Shown here: positions 9,150-20,638 of the stretch, piece after piece | How positions within the stretch are numbered: position 1 is the first letter of the stretch | Layout: every line of letters begins with the position of its first letter | Assembly (NCBI GenBank): GCA_037447605.1 | Contig: JBBHKD010000027.1 | Coordinates: forward strand, 1 to 23,165 | Direction of reading: 5' to 3' | Source of the DNA: Zygnema circumcarinatum SAG 698-1b | Taxonomy: Eukaryota; Plantae; Zygnematophyceae | DNA length: 23,165 bases | Notes under the pieces: model-generated | The model's input: the letters and a program-made list of their open reading frames with translations, nothing else | Told to the model about the DNA's origin: nothing | The model's database searches: none | Position numbers and translations under genes: made by a program

Positions 9150-10357
9150 ATGCTGTATGATCTGAAAACCGCTCATGCTATGTGGAAGTGTCTAGAGGAG
9201 ATGTATGATGTGAAAGACAATGTGACGATAGTCAGTCTTTACACTCAGCTAGGCAAGATGAAGATGACTTCAGAGGAGAAACTAGAAGCTTATATGGTCA
9301 GATTTGATGCATTGATGGAGAGGTTCATAGCCTTAGGGAAACCGTTAGATGCAGACCATAAGATAAGCCAGTTTCTAGGGGGTTTGCCCGGGAGATTCGA
9401 AGTTTCAGTGGCAGCCTTGAGGACAGTTCTGACCAATACCTCTATGATGCTTGGAACAAGTTGCTTTAGAGGGATAAAGGAGGAGGATTCTCCATCTCGT
9501 GATGCTCACGCCAAGAAGAGTAGCTGTGCTCGCTGTACCACTCGACCAATCAAGAGGAGGAGGTGCCCCACCTGCCCGAGGAGAACGCCAATGTGACATG
9601 CTTCACATGTGGCAAGACCGGCCACTACTCCAGCGACTGTTTCAAGAACAAGGGCAGTCCTGAGAAGGGAGGAAACGCGACTTCATCCGGCAAGAAGGAG
9701 AAGAAGGCGTTCAGCGGCACTTGTTTCAAGTGCAAGAAGAGAGGTCACAAGAGTTCAGACTGCAAGGTAGCAGTTGAGAGCAACCTCATGCTCGCTGAGA
9801 ATACTGAGCACGATTTTGTGGGAAGGATTCAGGCAGAGGACCTGAAGCGGCCGTGGCTGATTGACTCCGGCGCATCCACACATATGTGTGGGGACACATC
9901 GATGTTCTCCAAGCTCGACACCTTGGAGCAGACTCGCTCAGTTCATTCAGCAACCGGTGAAGGAGTCACCGTGATGAGAGGTGGAGCCTTGAGGATGGTC
10001 CTCGGAGATGGCTCAGTCATCAATGAAGACGATGTTCAGGAGAAACTGCACATTGGTGATGTTCTTCACACCCCTGGCCTCATGCAGAATTTCATGTCTG
10101 TGAGCCAAGTGTGCAAGAAGGGATACAGTGTTCTGTTTGAGGAGAAGTCATGCGTGGCTATCCACTCAGAAACTGGGAGACAGTTGTTCAGGGGTTATGA
10201 GAGAGGAGGGCTGTATTATCTTGATTATAAGAGGGAGAATCATGAGGAGGTGAATGCAGTTTCAGAGAATGCCGTAGATGTATGGCATCGTAGACTTGGT
10301 CACTTACACCACAGAGGCATGAAGCTGTTGGCTGAGAGGGGGCTAGTCCGTGGCTAG
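9150..10357 (+). pseudogene. gag-pol: Element B Gag (UBN2/Retrotran_gag-type), two CCHC knuckles, protease and GAG-pre-integrase (frameshift near 9430-9570)
   Basis: MWKCLEEMY...KMTSEEKLEAYMVRF...FLGGLPGRFE; CFTCGKTGHYSSDC and CFKCKKRGHKSSDC; WLIDSGASTHMC; VWHRRLGHL. Confidence 0.92.
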
Positions 10358-10359
10358 AC

Positions 10360-11076
10360 CCGGGTGTAGTGGAGAAGGAGTTGGGTGTTTGCCGAGAATG
10401 TGTGGAGGGGCAAAGGCGCCTGAGGAAGACCATTTGTGAGGTGGAGGCGAGTCTATGGCCTTGAGAAGTTGGAATTGGTACATTGACTTGTGTGTGATTA
10501 CGGCGACCCGGTGGCGGGCGAATTGCCGTCAACTTCGCGCGGCGACTATTGAGGAAGATTTTGGATACACACTCTTTGAGAACAAGTCCCGAGAGGCTTC
10601 CAGACCTTCGAGACTGTTGAACCGGTAGGAGGCGAGAGGCGGGGACTGGCGAAGGCTTTCGTTCGGTTTCAATGGTGGCGAGTTCAAATCGAAGGAATTG
10701 GCGTTTACGAAGAACCGCGGTATAGAGCGTAATTCTCAGCCCCCACTATTCCCCGCAGTAATATAAGGTAGCTGAGCGAATTGAATAGGACATTGGGGAC
10801 ATGGCCAGGACCATGTTGATTGATTCCCCCTTTCCGGCTTCCTTTTGGGGAGAAGCAGTTTCTACGGCTGCTTACATTAGGAACAGATGTCCGTCTTCTG
10901 TTCTGAAAGACCAGGTCCCTGAGCAGATGTGGAGTGGGAGGAAGCCCACAGTTTCCCATCTGAGGACCTTTGGCGCGCGATGCTGGGCTGCACTGCCCAA
11001 GGCGCGACGAAGAAATTCGACCCAGAGCGGTGGAGACTCACGTGCTAGACCACAACACCGGCGGCCGCACCTCTGA
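10360..11076 (+). pseudogene. pol: Element B integrase (degenerate or garbled)
   Basis: MARTMLIDSPFPASFWGEAVSTAAYIRNRCPSSVLKDQVPEQMWSGRKPTVSHLRTFG in ORF 10801-11076; upstream nucleotides are homologous to the A integrase. Confidence 0.85.
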
Positions 11077-11383
11077 GGTTTGGAACCCTCGGTGAAGGAA
11101 GTTCTCGGACGAGAGACATTACGGTTGTGAGGAAGAAGGCGTGGTTGGCTGTTGCGGACTCTCGGATCTCTTACTCCGTCGAAGGACCTGAATGGTGTAC
11201 GAGGAGGAGAAACAGTTGGAAGGGTGGTCTTTGTCGCGGGGTGCCGGCGCCGGCCGAATGAAGGGCGAGCGGTGGCGACAAGTGAGCATTCGATGATGAA
11301 GGCACGGGCATGCGGAGGAGCCGCACAGTTCAGCGGAGACGATTCCCCTTCACACTCACTCCAGTAGTGAAGAGGAGAACTCA

Positions 11384-12749
11384 GTGGAGACGGTCCCTCT
11401 TCACGCGCAAGATTCAGAGGATCTTGAAGCGGCCGAGAGGGAGGCAATGTTAGCGAACATGCCCCCAGGTTTTGTTCCCGGACTCTACTTCTACCCGAGA
11501 GGACGAAGTGCGAAGACAGTCCGGAGGAGCGGCCGAGACACGAGGCGACCAGATCGGTTTTCGCCTGGTACCAATCTGATCCAAGAGAGAGTGCCATCAG
11601 ATTCAGCTGACCTTGTGGGAGTTGCCCACTGTTTCATGATTACCGAGCCACAGACCTTTGAGGAGGCGCACGACGGAGTCGATGGCGATAAGTGGCGGGT
11701 TAGCGATTGATAGCGAATGGGACAGCCTGATCGAGAACGGCACGTGGAGATTGGAGGAGCTGCCTCAAGGGAGGCGAGCTATCGGCTGCAAATGGGTCTT
11801 CAAAGTCAAGAGGAAGGCAGACGGAAGCGTGGATAGGTACAAGGCGCGGTTAGTGGCGAAAGGATACGGCCAGCAGTATGGGATTGACTACATGGAGACG
11901 TTCGCTCCAGTGGTAAAGTTCAATTCCCTGAGAGCCTTGATTTCCATTGCAGCGGCTGAAGGAATGCACGTCCATCAATTGGACATCAAGACGGCATTTC
12001 TGTATGGTGATCTCACGGAAGAGATTTACATGGAGCAGCCGGAGGGGAAGGTCGTTCCCGGGAAGGAGCACCTAGTCTGTCGACTGGTGAAGAGTCTGTA
12101 CGGCTTGAAGCAGGCGCCGAGAGTGTGGTACGAAAAGATTGACGATCTTTTGAGGAGGAATGACTTTGCTCGGTTTGAGACAGATCATTCAGTGTACCGT
12201 CAAGGAGAGGGGGCAGACATCATGTTCGTTGGGATCTATGTCGACGATCTCATCATGGTGAGCCTCTCCCTTGAAAGAATCAAATCTTTGAAGGAATTGC
12301 TTCAGGCAAATTTCAAAATGTCAGATCTGGGAGAGGCGCAGTATCTGCTGGGAATGCAGCTGAAGAGGGGGCAGGATGGAAGCTTGTTTCTATGTCAAAG
12401 GAAGTATGCTTCAGATGTGCTTGCCCGTTTTCGAATGGAGGATGCTAGGCCGTGTTCCAGCCCCATGGAGATCGGCACTAGGCTTTCGAAGGAGATGTCA
12501 CCTTTGTCGGATGCGGAGGCACAAAAGATGTTCGGAGTGCCATACAGATCCGCGATTGGGAGTCTAATGTACTTGATGATCGGAACGCGTCCGGACTTGG
12601 CGAAAGCGGTGAGCTCGGCCAGCCGATTCATGGAGAATCCCGGCCTCGAGCATTGGGAGGCAGTGAAGAGGATTTTCAGATATGTGAAGGGGACGCTCGA
12701 TTATGGAATCAGGTATGAGAGGGGCCAACCAGAGTGGGCAGCTATCTGA
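11384..12749 (+). CDS. pol: Element B IN-RT linker and reverse transcriptase (one frameshift near 11700)
   Basis: MITEPQTFEEAH, AIGCKWVFKVK, QLDIKTAFLYG, YGLKQAPR, IYVDD, GVPYRSAIGSLMYL, TRPDLA; closely similar to the A RT. Confidence 0.94.
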
Positions 12750-13057
12750 GACTCGGTGGGGAGGAGATAATACGTCACGTCCGCTTTCGGCACCCGGGTT
12801 TTAAGTTTTACACGAATGGAGGGAGGAGGCGATTTCGTGGAGTTCAAGTTACTTGAGGACTCGGTGGGCGTTATGAGAGAGCGCGGGGAGAGTACATGGA
12901 ACTTGTCGTAGCCGAAGGAAGGAGTGTGGTTCATACAGTCCTTCAAGAATGCACAGGGACCAATCCACCGACATTCTTGTTTTACCACAATCAATCGCCG
13001 ACGCTCGTGGGAAACCCTGTTCCACAAGAGGACCAGCGCCATTCGGGTGTACATCAT
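12750..13057 (+). pseudogene. pol: Element B RNase H, 5' part (garbled), cut by the insertion of C
   Basis: Nucleotide homology to A RNase H up to ccctgttccacaagaggaccag...cgggtg (NPVFHKRT...RV); ends at the TSD copy atcat. Confidence 0.8.
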
Positions 13058-14094
13058 TGTTGAAGCAGGGTTTGCTCCTCACTCTGGCGCTTACCTTGGG
13101 TGTGTCGCCTCCATTGGAACTTGAGTTCTTAATGATGAAGACATTCAAACACTTCAAGCTCTATCTTACTTCTCACTCATCACTTCCATAACAACAATGA
13201 AGCTACAAGACAAGCACAAATGAAATCACAATGAGAGAGTGTTGTGAGAAAGCTCACGCTCTAAAACTCCTTATAATAAAACCGCTTCCCATTACCGAAG
13301 TTCTCCCACTACTTCGCTGTCCTCTCACTCACTACCTCACGACACAAGTGTAGGCAGTCCCAAGCAAAGACGCAGCGTACGTAATACACCCCGAGACTGG
13401 CGACAAAAGTAGTGTGGGTGGGGTTACTTCCCATAATAAAACTATGCACTATATAATATGGCGTCCGTGACGTGACACACATGTCACGTCGCGTCCGCCA
13501 TTGCAAACTCCATGCACCGAAGTCCAGTGGGCGCATTCTCGCATTGCTGACCGCTAGCCGCCAGAAACCTACTATAGCCGCCGACTTCCAGTTCTTTTGC
13601 TCCGCCAGACACTGCCCTGCACAAGATCGCCGCTTTCGCCAGCCAGCTTCTTCCTCAGCTTCGCCTCACCGGCCACCTCGGCCGTATTAGACTCGAATCA
13701 AGGACCCACATTGCGAGTGGTCCTCAAGGGTGGGCGATTCCGCCCGCCGCCAAATATCTTCTATAAAGTCGCTTCCGCCGCAACTTTGCACCGCTGCCGC
13801 CGCCGCCACTCAATCAAAGTTGGCGCCGCTGCCTCGCATTTCCTCATGAATTGCTGCCGCCATCTGTCAAAGTCATAAGGTCCGCTCTCCGCCAAGACAT
13901 GTGTCATTGCCGTCCAATCACGCTGCTGCTCGTAGACTACAAGACTCTCATACAAGACTCACCGAGTCGTAGCAATCGACATTCCTAAATCTAAGAGCAC
14001 TACGCCTAGCGCATCTCATGTTCTACAACCGAGTACCCACAACAAGTTAGTGTGTGCCATACAATGCTCCAACTATCATACACCAACACTAACA
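13058..14094 (-). repeat. Element C 3' LTR (1037 bp)
   Basis: Homologous to 18380-19425; preceded on the - strand by PPT AAGAGGG-AT. Confidence 0.92.
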
Positions 14095-14104
14095 ATCCCT
14101 CTTG

Positions 14105-17100
14105 GACTCAGCCTCATGGGCCCCAGCCCAATCAATCCGCCGCTCACTATAGTGTCTCCCCACCGACCCCTTGGTCAACATCATCACATGTCCGCAGCCC
14201 CGCTTCTTTTGTTCCTACAAACTTCTCACCACTATCATCCCTTCCTCTACCAACTCTCGACATAATGATATTATTGCACCCTAATGTGCTTGGTTCTCTT
14301 ATGAAACACAGGTTCTCCATGAGGGCTATAGATGACCGTTGTCCGCGAAAAGAAGTCAATGGTGTTTGTGGTCACATTCATCAAAGAAATGTTGGAACCA
14401 CATCCTCCTTCGCCGCGACATGGCACGCCCCATGTATTCTCTCCTTCGGTGCTCTACGCCACCGTAATCTTTGTAACTTCGAAGCCCATGAGATCGCTCT
14501 CCTCCGCTCAGAACACAAATCCCGACGCCGATCGTGACGTGCACCACATCACTCCTTCCCCAATCGTGAGTCGGTACCGATCACCGGGTTGGCCCTTTTC
14601 AAATTGGAGACCAGAATCCAAGGTCCTTTCACGAACTAAAATCCGCTTACCAGCCCCAATGTTCAGGACCGATTCTCCATGAATCACTTACTGAAATTTC
14701 ACGCTTTTGCTAAGTCGACGCAGTACCTATCGTATACATTAAACTCCCGATTAAGCCGACCAGACAAGACTGCATATCTCCTCTCGCATCGCGACTGGCC
14801 GCATCATATCTCTCGACAATCGCGATTCCATCTCCATCTGACCGAACAAGGACGCACTCTCCATTGAACTCGCAAAGTATACCTACGCGCATTCTTCGAC
14901 ATAAAAGAAATAAGCTACCGCCCCGCCTCTTCTTCAACTGCATTCCTAGAGATACCGCTACTTCCCTGGGGACCGACATTTTGAAGTTAGCTTCAAAAGC
15001 CGTAAGCCAAATCATTGATTCTCCAATGAGAGGCTCACCATTATGAGGTCGCCCACGAGATCCCAACGCATATGAGATCCGGGCTTCTTCTCCTTTTGTC
15101 GGTACACTAATGATCCGTCTCTTTAATCAAGCAGAAACTGCTACTTCCGCAAAGAGGTCATCAATTTTCTGCATTCAAATCCTGGGCCGCTTTCAACCCT
15201 GCATAAACTTTCACAAGATTTTACAAACGGTGATGCTCCCTCGCCGACAACTTTCCCTTCGGCTGTACCATGGTGATCTCCTCGAGATCTCCTATTGTAA
15301 ACGCCAGCCTGATATCGAGTTACGCACGGCATCCCCTACCGCCGCAATCATATTAGGGGCACTGAGCGCTGAACTTCACCACGGGCGGCACCGTAGTCAT
15401 TCCGCACGCCGGGTCAAGCCCTTCGCCACCGCCTCGCGCCTTGTATCGGTCGACACTCCCGTCCGCCTTTCGCTTCACCTTGAACACCCACTTGCATCCA
15501 ATGGCCCTCCTTCCCCTCGGCAGCTCCTCAAGTCGCCATGTGCCGCTCTCCGCCAAATCGTCCATTCGCCGACGCTGCTCGCCACTTCTCTCCACTCCAC
15601 CCCGCCGCGGCGCTTCCTCAAAGGTTTGGCGGTTCGCGATCATAAACAAAGGCAGCTCCCCGCCAGGTCCGCCGGAAATCAGAGGCACCTTCTCTCGCAC
15701 TAGGCAACCGCTGGGCCCTCAGAGGATCAGGCTCCTCACCACATCTGCCCTCCGAGGTCCTGCGCCTCCGCCCTCGTGTTGAAGAAAATCCTGACAAACC
15801 CCAGTGTACGCTCGCATACATAGCCTCTTAGCCGCCTCCAAATCCTCTACTCCCCCATGCAAAGGTACAGCGCGGAAGCCCTCGCCTGGATGTGAGTGTG
15901 TAGTGGTGCCGCTCGGGCCGGCGTTGCGGCCTCCCCGCCAGGCTCTCGTTCAACTCCCATGCCTCTCCACGCTCGGCTGCTGGCTTCCTCGCCTCCTCGC
16001 CTCGCTGCACATCTCCTCTCGGCCGGGACCTCGAGGCCCATGCCTTCTTCGCTGGTCTCCACATCCTCGCAGACACAATGTCCAAACCTGCCTTTTGGGG
16101 TGCGGGCTCACCTAGCCTAGCCACCGCCTCTCGCCCACATCAGAACGCCTCGAAGCTCGGGTGACTGCTTGCTCGAGGGTTCCACACCCGTAGGTGCGAT
16201 CGCCCATGTTGGGGAAGCTTCTAGAAGGTACCCCTTCCACGGCTCCTGGTCAACTTCTTTCTCTCGCCTCGCTTCTTCGCACTGTCGCATCAGCAAATAA
16301 GGCTTCCAAAGAAGTCTTCAAAGGGACACCGCGGGTTTCCTCTCCCACTCCCACCTCTTCGTAGAACCTCGATCTTTGCTATCGTAAGATGGGCATCTAT
16401 TTCTTGGGCGTAAGCTAAGTGTCATCACCGCCTCCCCAAAAGGATGCCTAGAAGGGGAATCTATCGCAAGATGGTCCGTACATGTCCCCACTGTCCTATT
16501 GGATCTCTCTCAAAGAGCTCCATTACTTTGAGGGAGTAAGGAGCAAAAAATCTATGCCTTTATTCCGCTAGCCTCTGGCACTGGCCAAACTCCTTCGACT
16601 TGAATTCCTCTCCGCGGTCCGGAAGGCAAATAAGCCTTCGGGCCAATCGCCTTCTCGCTCCATCTGACCGCCAATCTTCCGAACGCCCCAAAGCTCAGAT
16701 TTGTACTTGAGAATTTTCACTCCAAATTTTCCCTAAAAAATCGCCGAGAAGGTGATGAAGAAGCGAAAGCCCTCCACTCGCGTCGGGTGTCACGGGTCCA
16801 CACAAATCGGTATGGAACCACCCCTGCGCTGCGAAATGACTCCTCTCCACCGGCAGCGTCTCCTCGCGGCGCTTTCCCCACACACTTTGCAAAGCTCAGC
16901 TCCTTCTCAACTATCGCCAACGTTTAACCCAAGGACTAAATTTCTTTGCAAAGAAGTCGCTGCAAATTCCCCTATGGTTTAGATGACCAAGTCTACGATG
17001 CCAAAGATTTATCAGCATCTCGCCATGTTTCATCACACCCCTATCTTCTTTCTCTCCTATAAATGTAGGCTGTACATGTGCCTCTTCTCATACTCCCTCA

Positions 17101-18379
17101 AACAACCGCTTCGACTCTAGGTGAGAAGGCTAATAAGACTTCTCCTTAAAGGTGACTTCTGTACCCTCTTACATACTTGACTAACAGACATGAAAGTTCT
17201 CGCTTTCGTGTCGCGATATGAAGTACGCCACCCATGCACAACCGCCTTCTTTCTTCTTCGTGAGATGATAGAGCCGCCTCCTCGGTGATCATCTTTTGCT
17301 TACACCTCCTTGTAACTGCCTCACTCCCTCTCCGGGTTGTCGAAGTGAACGTGATCTGGTCCCTTCCAAGTGTCCAAATAGAACATTCGCTTGTCACCAC
17401 ACATGTGCGTGGAAGCGCCAGAGTCGATCAGCCATGGCCGCTTCAGATCCGCAACCTGGATCTTTCCAACAAAATCAGAATGTTCAGTCAGCATGAGATT
17501 CGTCTCCACCGCCACTCTGCAATCTGTGCTCTTGTGGCCTCGCTTCGCATTTAAAGCGCATTCCCTTGAATCCTCTTGACGGATGATCTATGCTCCTCCA
17601 CCTCATCTTGGGTGTTCTTGTTCTTGTAATGTACCGCCGAGAAGCGGGCCCGCCTTGCCGCGACGGTAACACGCCTGCTAGTGGCGCTCCCCATCGTTCC
17701 GCCTCGCGCACCTCCTTCGAATCGCGGAGGCAAACAGCCAACACCTTCTCCTCGGTGCTCTCCAACGCTCCACAGTTGTTCTCCTCCTCATCCTCCGTTT
17801 CACTTGCTCAAGGGTCATCACTGGCAGCCCGCTAGGAACAGTCCCAAGAGTTTAACCGCTACATCAAATCGCCAGGCAGTCCCCTAGAACCGGCTGGATT
17901 TTATGGTTCTCTAACGTTTTTGCAGCGCTATAAATCTCCATTAGAGTATCAAATCTGACCATATATTCACCACCTTCTTCCTAGACATCTTCATTTTCCC
18001 AAGCTATGTAAAGGCGATCATCACATGCTATCCTTTACATCATACATCTCTTCAAGCATCTCCACATAGCATGTGAAGTCTTTTAAGGCCATATGCCATG
18101 GAAGAGGGATTCCCTCACGCTCATGACGACCGGGGTGAGGGCCTGTTGTCCTCGGGTCCATCCGGGCGAAGCAGTCGTAACTCCGGACCGCCGCCCGCTG
18201 CGGCTCCTCCGCTGCACCGTGCCTTGATGGTGCCGGGCCAACGCATCTCCCCAACAGCTCTGCTGCCCACGAAAGCAAGGAACCAGCCGCCATCTCCACC
18301 CCTTGTAGTCCGAACCATCGAACGCTGGGATGCTGAACTTCACGTGGTCCTCCACTCCACCTTGGGCTCTGATACCACT
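14105..18379 (-). pseudogene. gag-pol: Element C internal gag-PR-IN-RT-RNH region, heavily frameshifted in this assembly
   Basis: Readable fragments: STSGIRAQGGVEDHVKFSIPAFDGSDYKGW (Gag N-term), ADLKRPWLIDSGASTHMCGD (PR), GTWRLEELPRGRRAIGCKWVFKVKRKADGSVDRYKAR (RT), MWFQHFFDEC (RNH). Confidence 0.9.
18366..18377 (-). promoter_or_regulatory. Primer-binding site of C (tRNA-iMet)
   Basis: The - strand reads TGGTATCAGAGC, 2 nt (AG) after the LTR end CTTCAACA. Confidence 0.95.
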
Positions 18380-19425
18380 TGTTGAAGCAGGTTTGCTCTC
18401 ACTTCCCGCCAGCTTACCTTGGTGTCGCCTCCATTGAACTTGAGTTCCCACGATGAAGCATTATTCAAACACTTCAAAGCCTCTATCTTACTACCACGCC
18501 CATAACAACAAAATGAAGCTACAAGACAAGCACAGCGGAAATCACAATGAGAGAGTGTTAGGAGAAAGCTCACGGCTCTAAAACTCCTTATAATAAAACT
18601 GCTTTCCCACAATGAAGTTCCTCCCACTACTCAAGGTCCTCTCACTCACTACCACACAAGTGTAGTACTCTAAAGAAGACGAAAGCGTGCACACAAGACC
18701 CGGTGACTATGACAAAGTAGCGCGGGTGGGCTACTTCCATAATAAAACTATGCACTATATAATATGAGGTCCGTGACGCGACACATAAACAATGCGCCGT
18801 CCTTCATCAGTAGAACCCATGCACCGAGCGTCCGAGTGGGCGCATCAAAGAATAGCGACCGCCAGTCAGCCTCGGTGAACCTACTTCGCAGAAGCCAATC
18901 TAGTTCTTGTTTCCGGGCCGCAGGCCCGGCCCGTGCCGGGGCATCGCTGTTACAAATGGGCCTCTTCCCAGTTCGCTCACCGACACTCGTCAGACACTGG
19001 ACCGCTGGACCTCATTATCATGAAAGGGAGTTCGATTTGGCGCATTCCTGGCTCACGCCAACATCTTCTATGTCAAGCTCACAGCCAAGCATCTTTATGG
19101 GCCTCACATGATACAACATACAAAATACGACCAATCAAAGCTGGCGCCGCTGGCCCCAGATTTCATGGAATCTCGGCCGCCGGGCCACTGACCAACAACA
19201 AAGCTGCGCTGGCCCGCTCTCCGCGCGACATGCCGCCGCCGCGCCCAATTCCGCCGCTCAGATTCTCAACAAGACCTCAAGGGCAAGACTCCACCGAGTC
19301 GAAAGCAAGACCGACATTCCTAAATCCAAGAGCACTACCAAGAGATCTCATGTTCTACAAACTGAGTACCACAACAAGTTAGTGTGTGCCATACAATGTC
19401 TAACTATCATACACTAACACTAACA
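18380..19425 (-). repeat. Element C 5' LTR (1046 bp)
   Basis: Sense starts TGTTAGTGTTAGTGTATGATAGTTAG and ends CCTGCTTCAACA; TATA-like TATTATATAG near 18749-18762 (-). Confidence 0.93.
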
Positions 19426-19574
19426 ACCATTACGTACGAGAGTTGGTCGAGGAGGGCTTGATTGAGGTGAAGTTCGTAGTCACCAAGGAGCAGGCCGCAG
19501 ATATGCTAACAAAGGGAGTTAGTGGGGAAACACTATTAGTCAATCCGAGGTTGATTGCTAGCCCGCGCTGTTAG
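19426..19574 (+). CDS. pol: Element B RNase H C-terminal remainder, downstream of insertion C
   Basis: HYVRELVEEGLIEVKFVVTKEQAADMLTKG...stop at 19572-19574; continues the RVQY motif interrupted at 13057. Confidence 0.92.
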
Positions 19575-19581
19575 AAGTTCC

Positions 19582-19592
19582 AAAGAGGGGAT
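19582..19592 (+). promoter_or_regulatory. Polypurine tract of B
   Basis: aaagagggg-at immediately before TG at 19593. Confidence 0.88.
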
Positions 19593-20620
19593 TGTTAGTG
19601 TATGATAGCTTAGCATGTTTTGTTGAACATTAGTTTTGTGTGTTTGTGTTGTGTGTTTCCTTGGCGGCGTGCTTGCTAGTAGCGGCGGTAATCTGACATT
19701 TGGTCGGTGGAAGAGGCGCGCCAAGGCGCCGACGGAGCGGCGACGAGGCGCTTAATGCCAAATCGAAAAAGTGACGGATGACGCCGCCGCATGAGCGTAA
19801 TTGAAGATGTGGCGCGACGCCGCTGGACCGGCACAGCTTAATCGAAGGCTAAAGTGACGGCTACTGGCCAACCTTTGATTGAACGATTCGACTTGACGCC
19901 ATGCGCGCCAAAATGTCGGCGCGCCATTCATCATTGTACCTGAGCGCGCCGATGTTTCCAGGTGGCGCGTTTAATTTAATGGAGTTTGACGCTACATCAA
20001 TCTTGAGGCGGGTCATCAGATCCTACGTAAGCGCAAGACGGGATTAGCTTAGAGGCCGAAGTCGGATCTCGACGGAGGAAACGTGCGACGGGATCCGTGT
20101 GGTGGTGAGTTTTAATGAGGATCCGATCGCTAGATGAGGTGATCGGGATAGGTCTTGGCGGGCCACTAGCCGATGTTGTGAGCTTCGTTGTATGGTAGTG
20201 TCACGGATGTTGTGACATAGTATATAGTGTGTTGTTTAGTTTGGTTGTTTATCTTTAACTTCAGATTATCAACGTAGCTATTGTAGACTTTGAGAAGCTG
20301 ATGCTCGTGTTGCTGAACATTACACTTGCTTGTGCTGCGAGGTAGTGGGCTTTTGAGTTTATTGGGCTATTTGAGAGGGGGTCTCTCATTTTGTGTTGAT
20401 AAGATTATTATTAAGGAGTTTTAGAGCCGAGAGCTTTCTCCTATCCTTTTCTCTCTGTTATTCCGCTGTGCATATTCTGAGAGGTTCACTCTGTGAGTAA
20501 AATGGGCTATGAGTGAATGTGAGAGTTTGGGAAATGTCATCATCGATTGGAACGCGAACTCCGATGGAAGGTGATGCGAGTGGAGAAGCCGGCAGCAGTG
20601 GAGGAGTCCCTGCACCAACA
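19593..20620 (+). repeat. Element B 3' LTR (1028 bp)
   Basis: TGTTAG...CCAACA; homologous to 2992-3244 and 8430-8859; carries the empty site gtagt (20195-20199) where A sits in the 5' copy. Confidence 0.93.
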
Positions 20621-20638
20621 AGAATCCTTCCTGCTCCG

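Larger units (their letters stand above)
13058..19425 (-). mobile_element. Ty1/copia LTR retrotransposon C, full length, inserted antisense into the RNase H of B
   Basis: LTRs at 13058-14094 and 18380-19425 (TG...CA), PBS 18366-18377, PPT 14095-14103, TSD atcat (13053-13057)/accat (19426-19430). Confidence 0.93.
2992..20620 (+). mobile_element. Ty1/copia LTR retrotransposon B (host of the nest), interrupted by A and C
   Basis: 5' LTR starts TGTTAGTGTATG at 2992 and resumes at 8430-8859. The 3' LTR (19593-20620) is homologous to both parts. The gag-PR-IN-RT-RNH order runs from 9150 to 13057 and 19426-19574, with the PPT before the 3' LTR. Confidence 0.93.

Noticed and set aside
3717-12631. 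Similar antisense ORFs in A (3717-3953) and B (12395-12631), MNRLA...SGRVPII
   Set aside because: Shadow frames of the conserved RT sequence; their similarity is fully explained by the sense-strand protein.
19574-19593. Possible env-like or extra ORF between pol and the 3' LTR
   Set aside because: Only ~18 nt separate the RNase H stop from the LTR, so there is no room for one.
19905-19912. E2F-like GCGCCAAA in B U3 (and TTTGGCGC at 19036-19043 in C)
   Set aside because: Single hits in GC-rich, error-prone sequence. Not confirmed in the partner LTR: C's is not conserved and B's falls in the gap.
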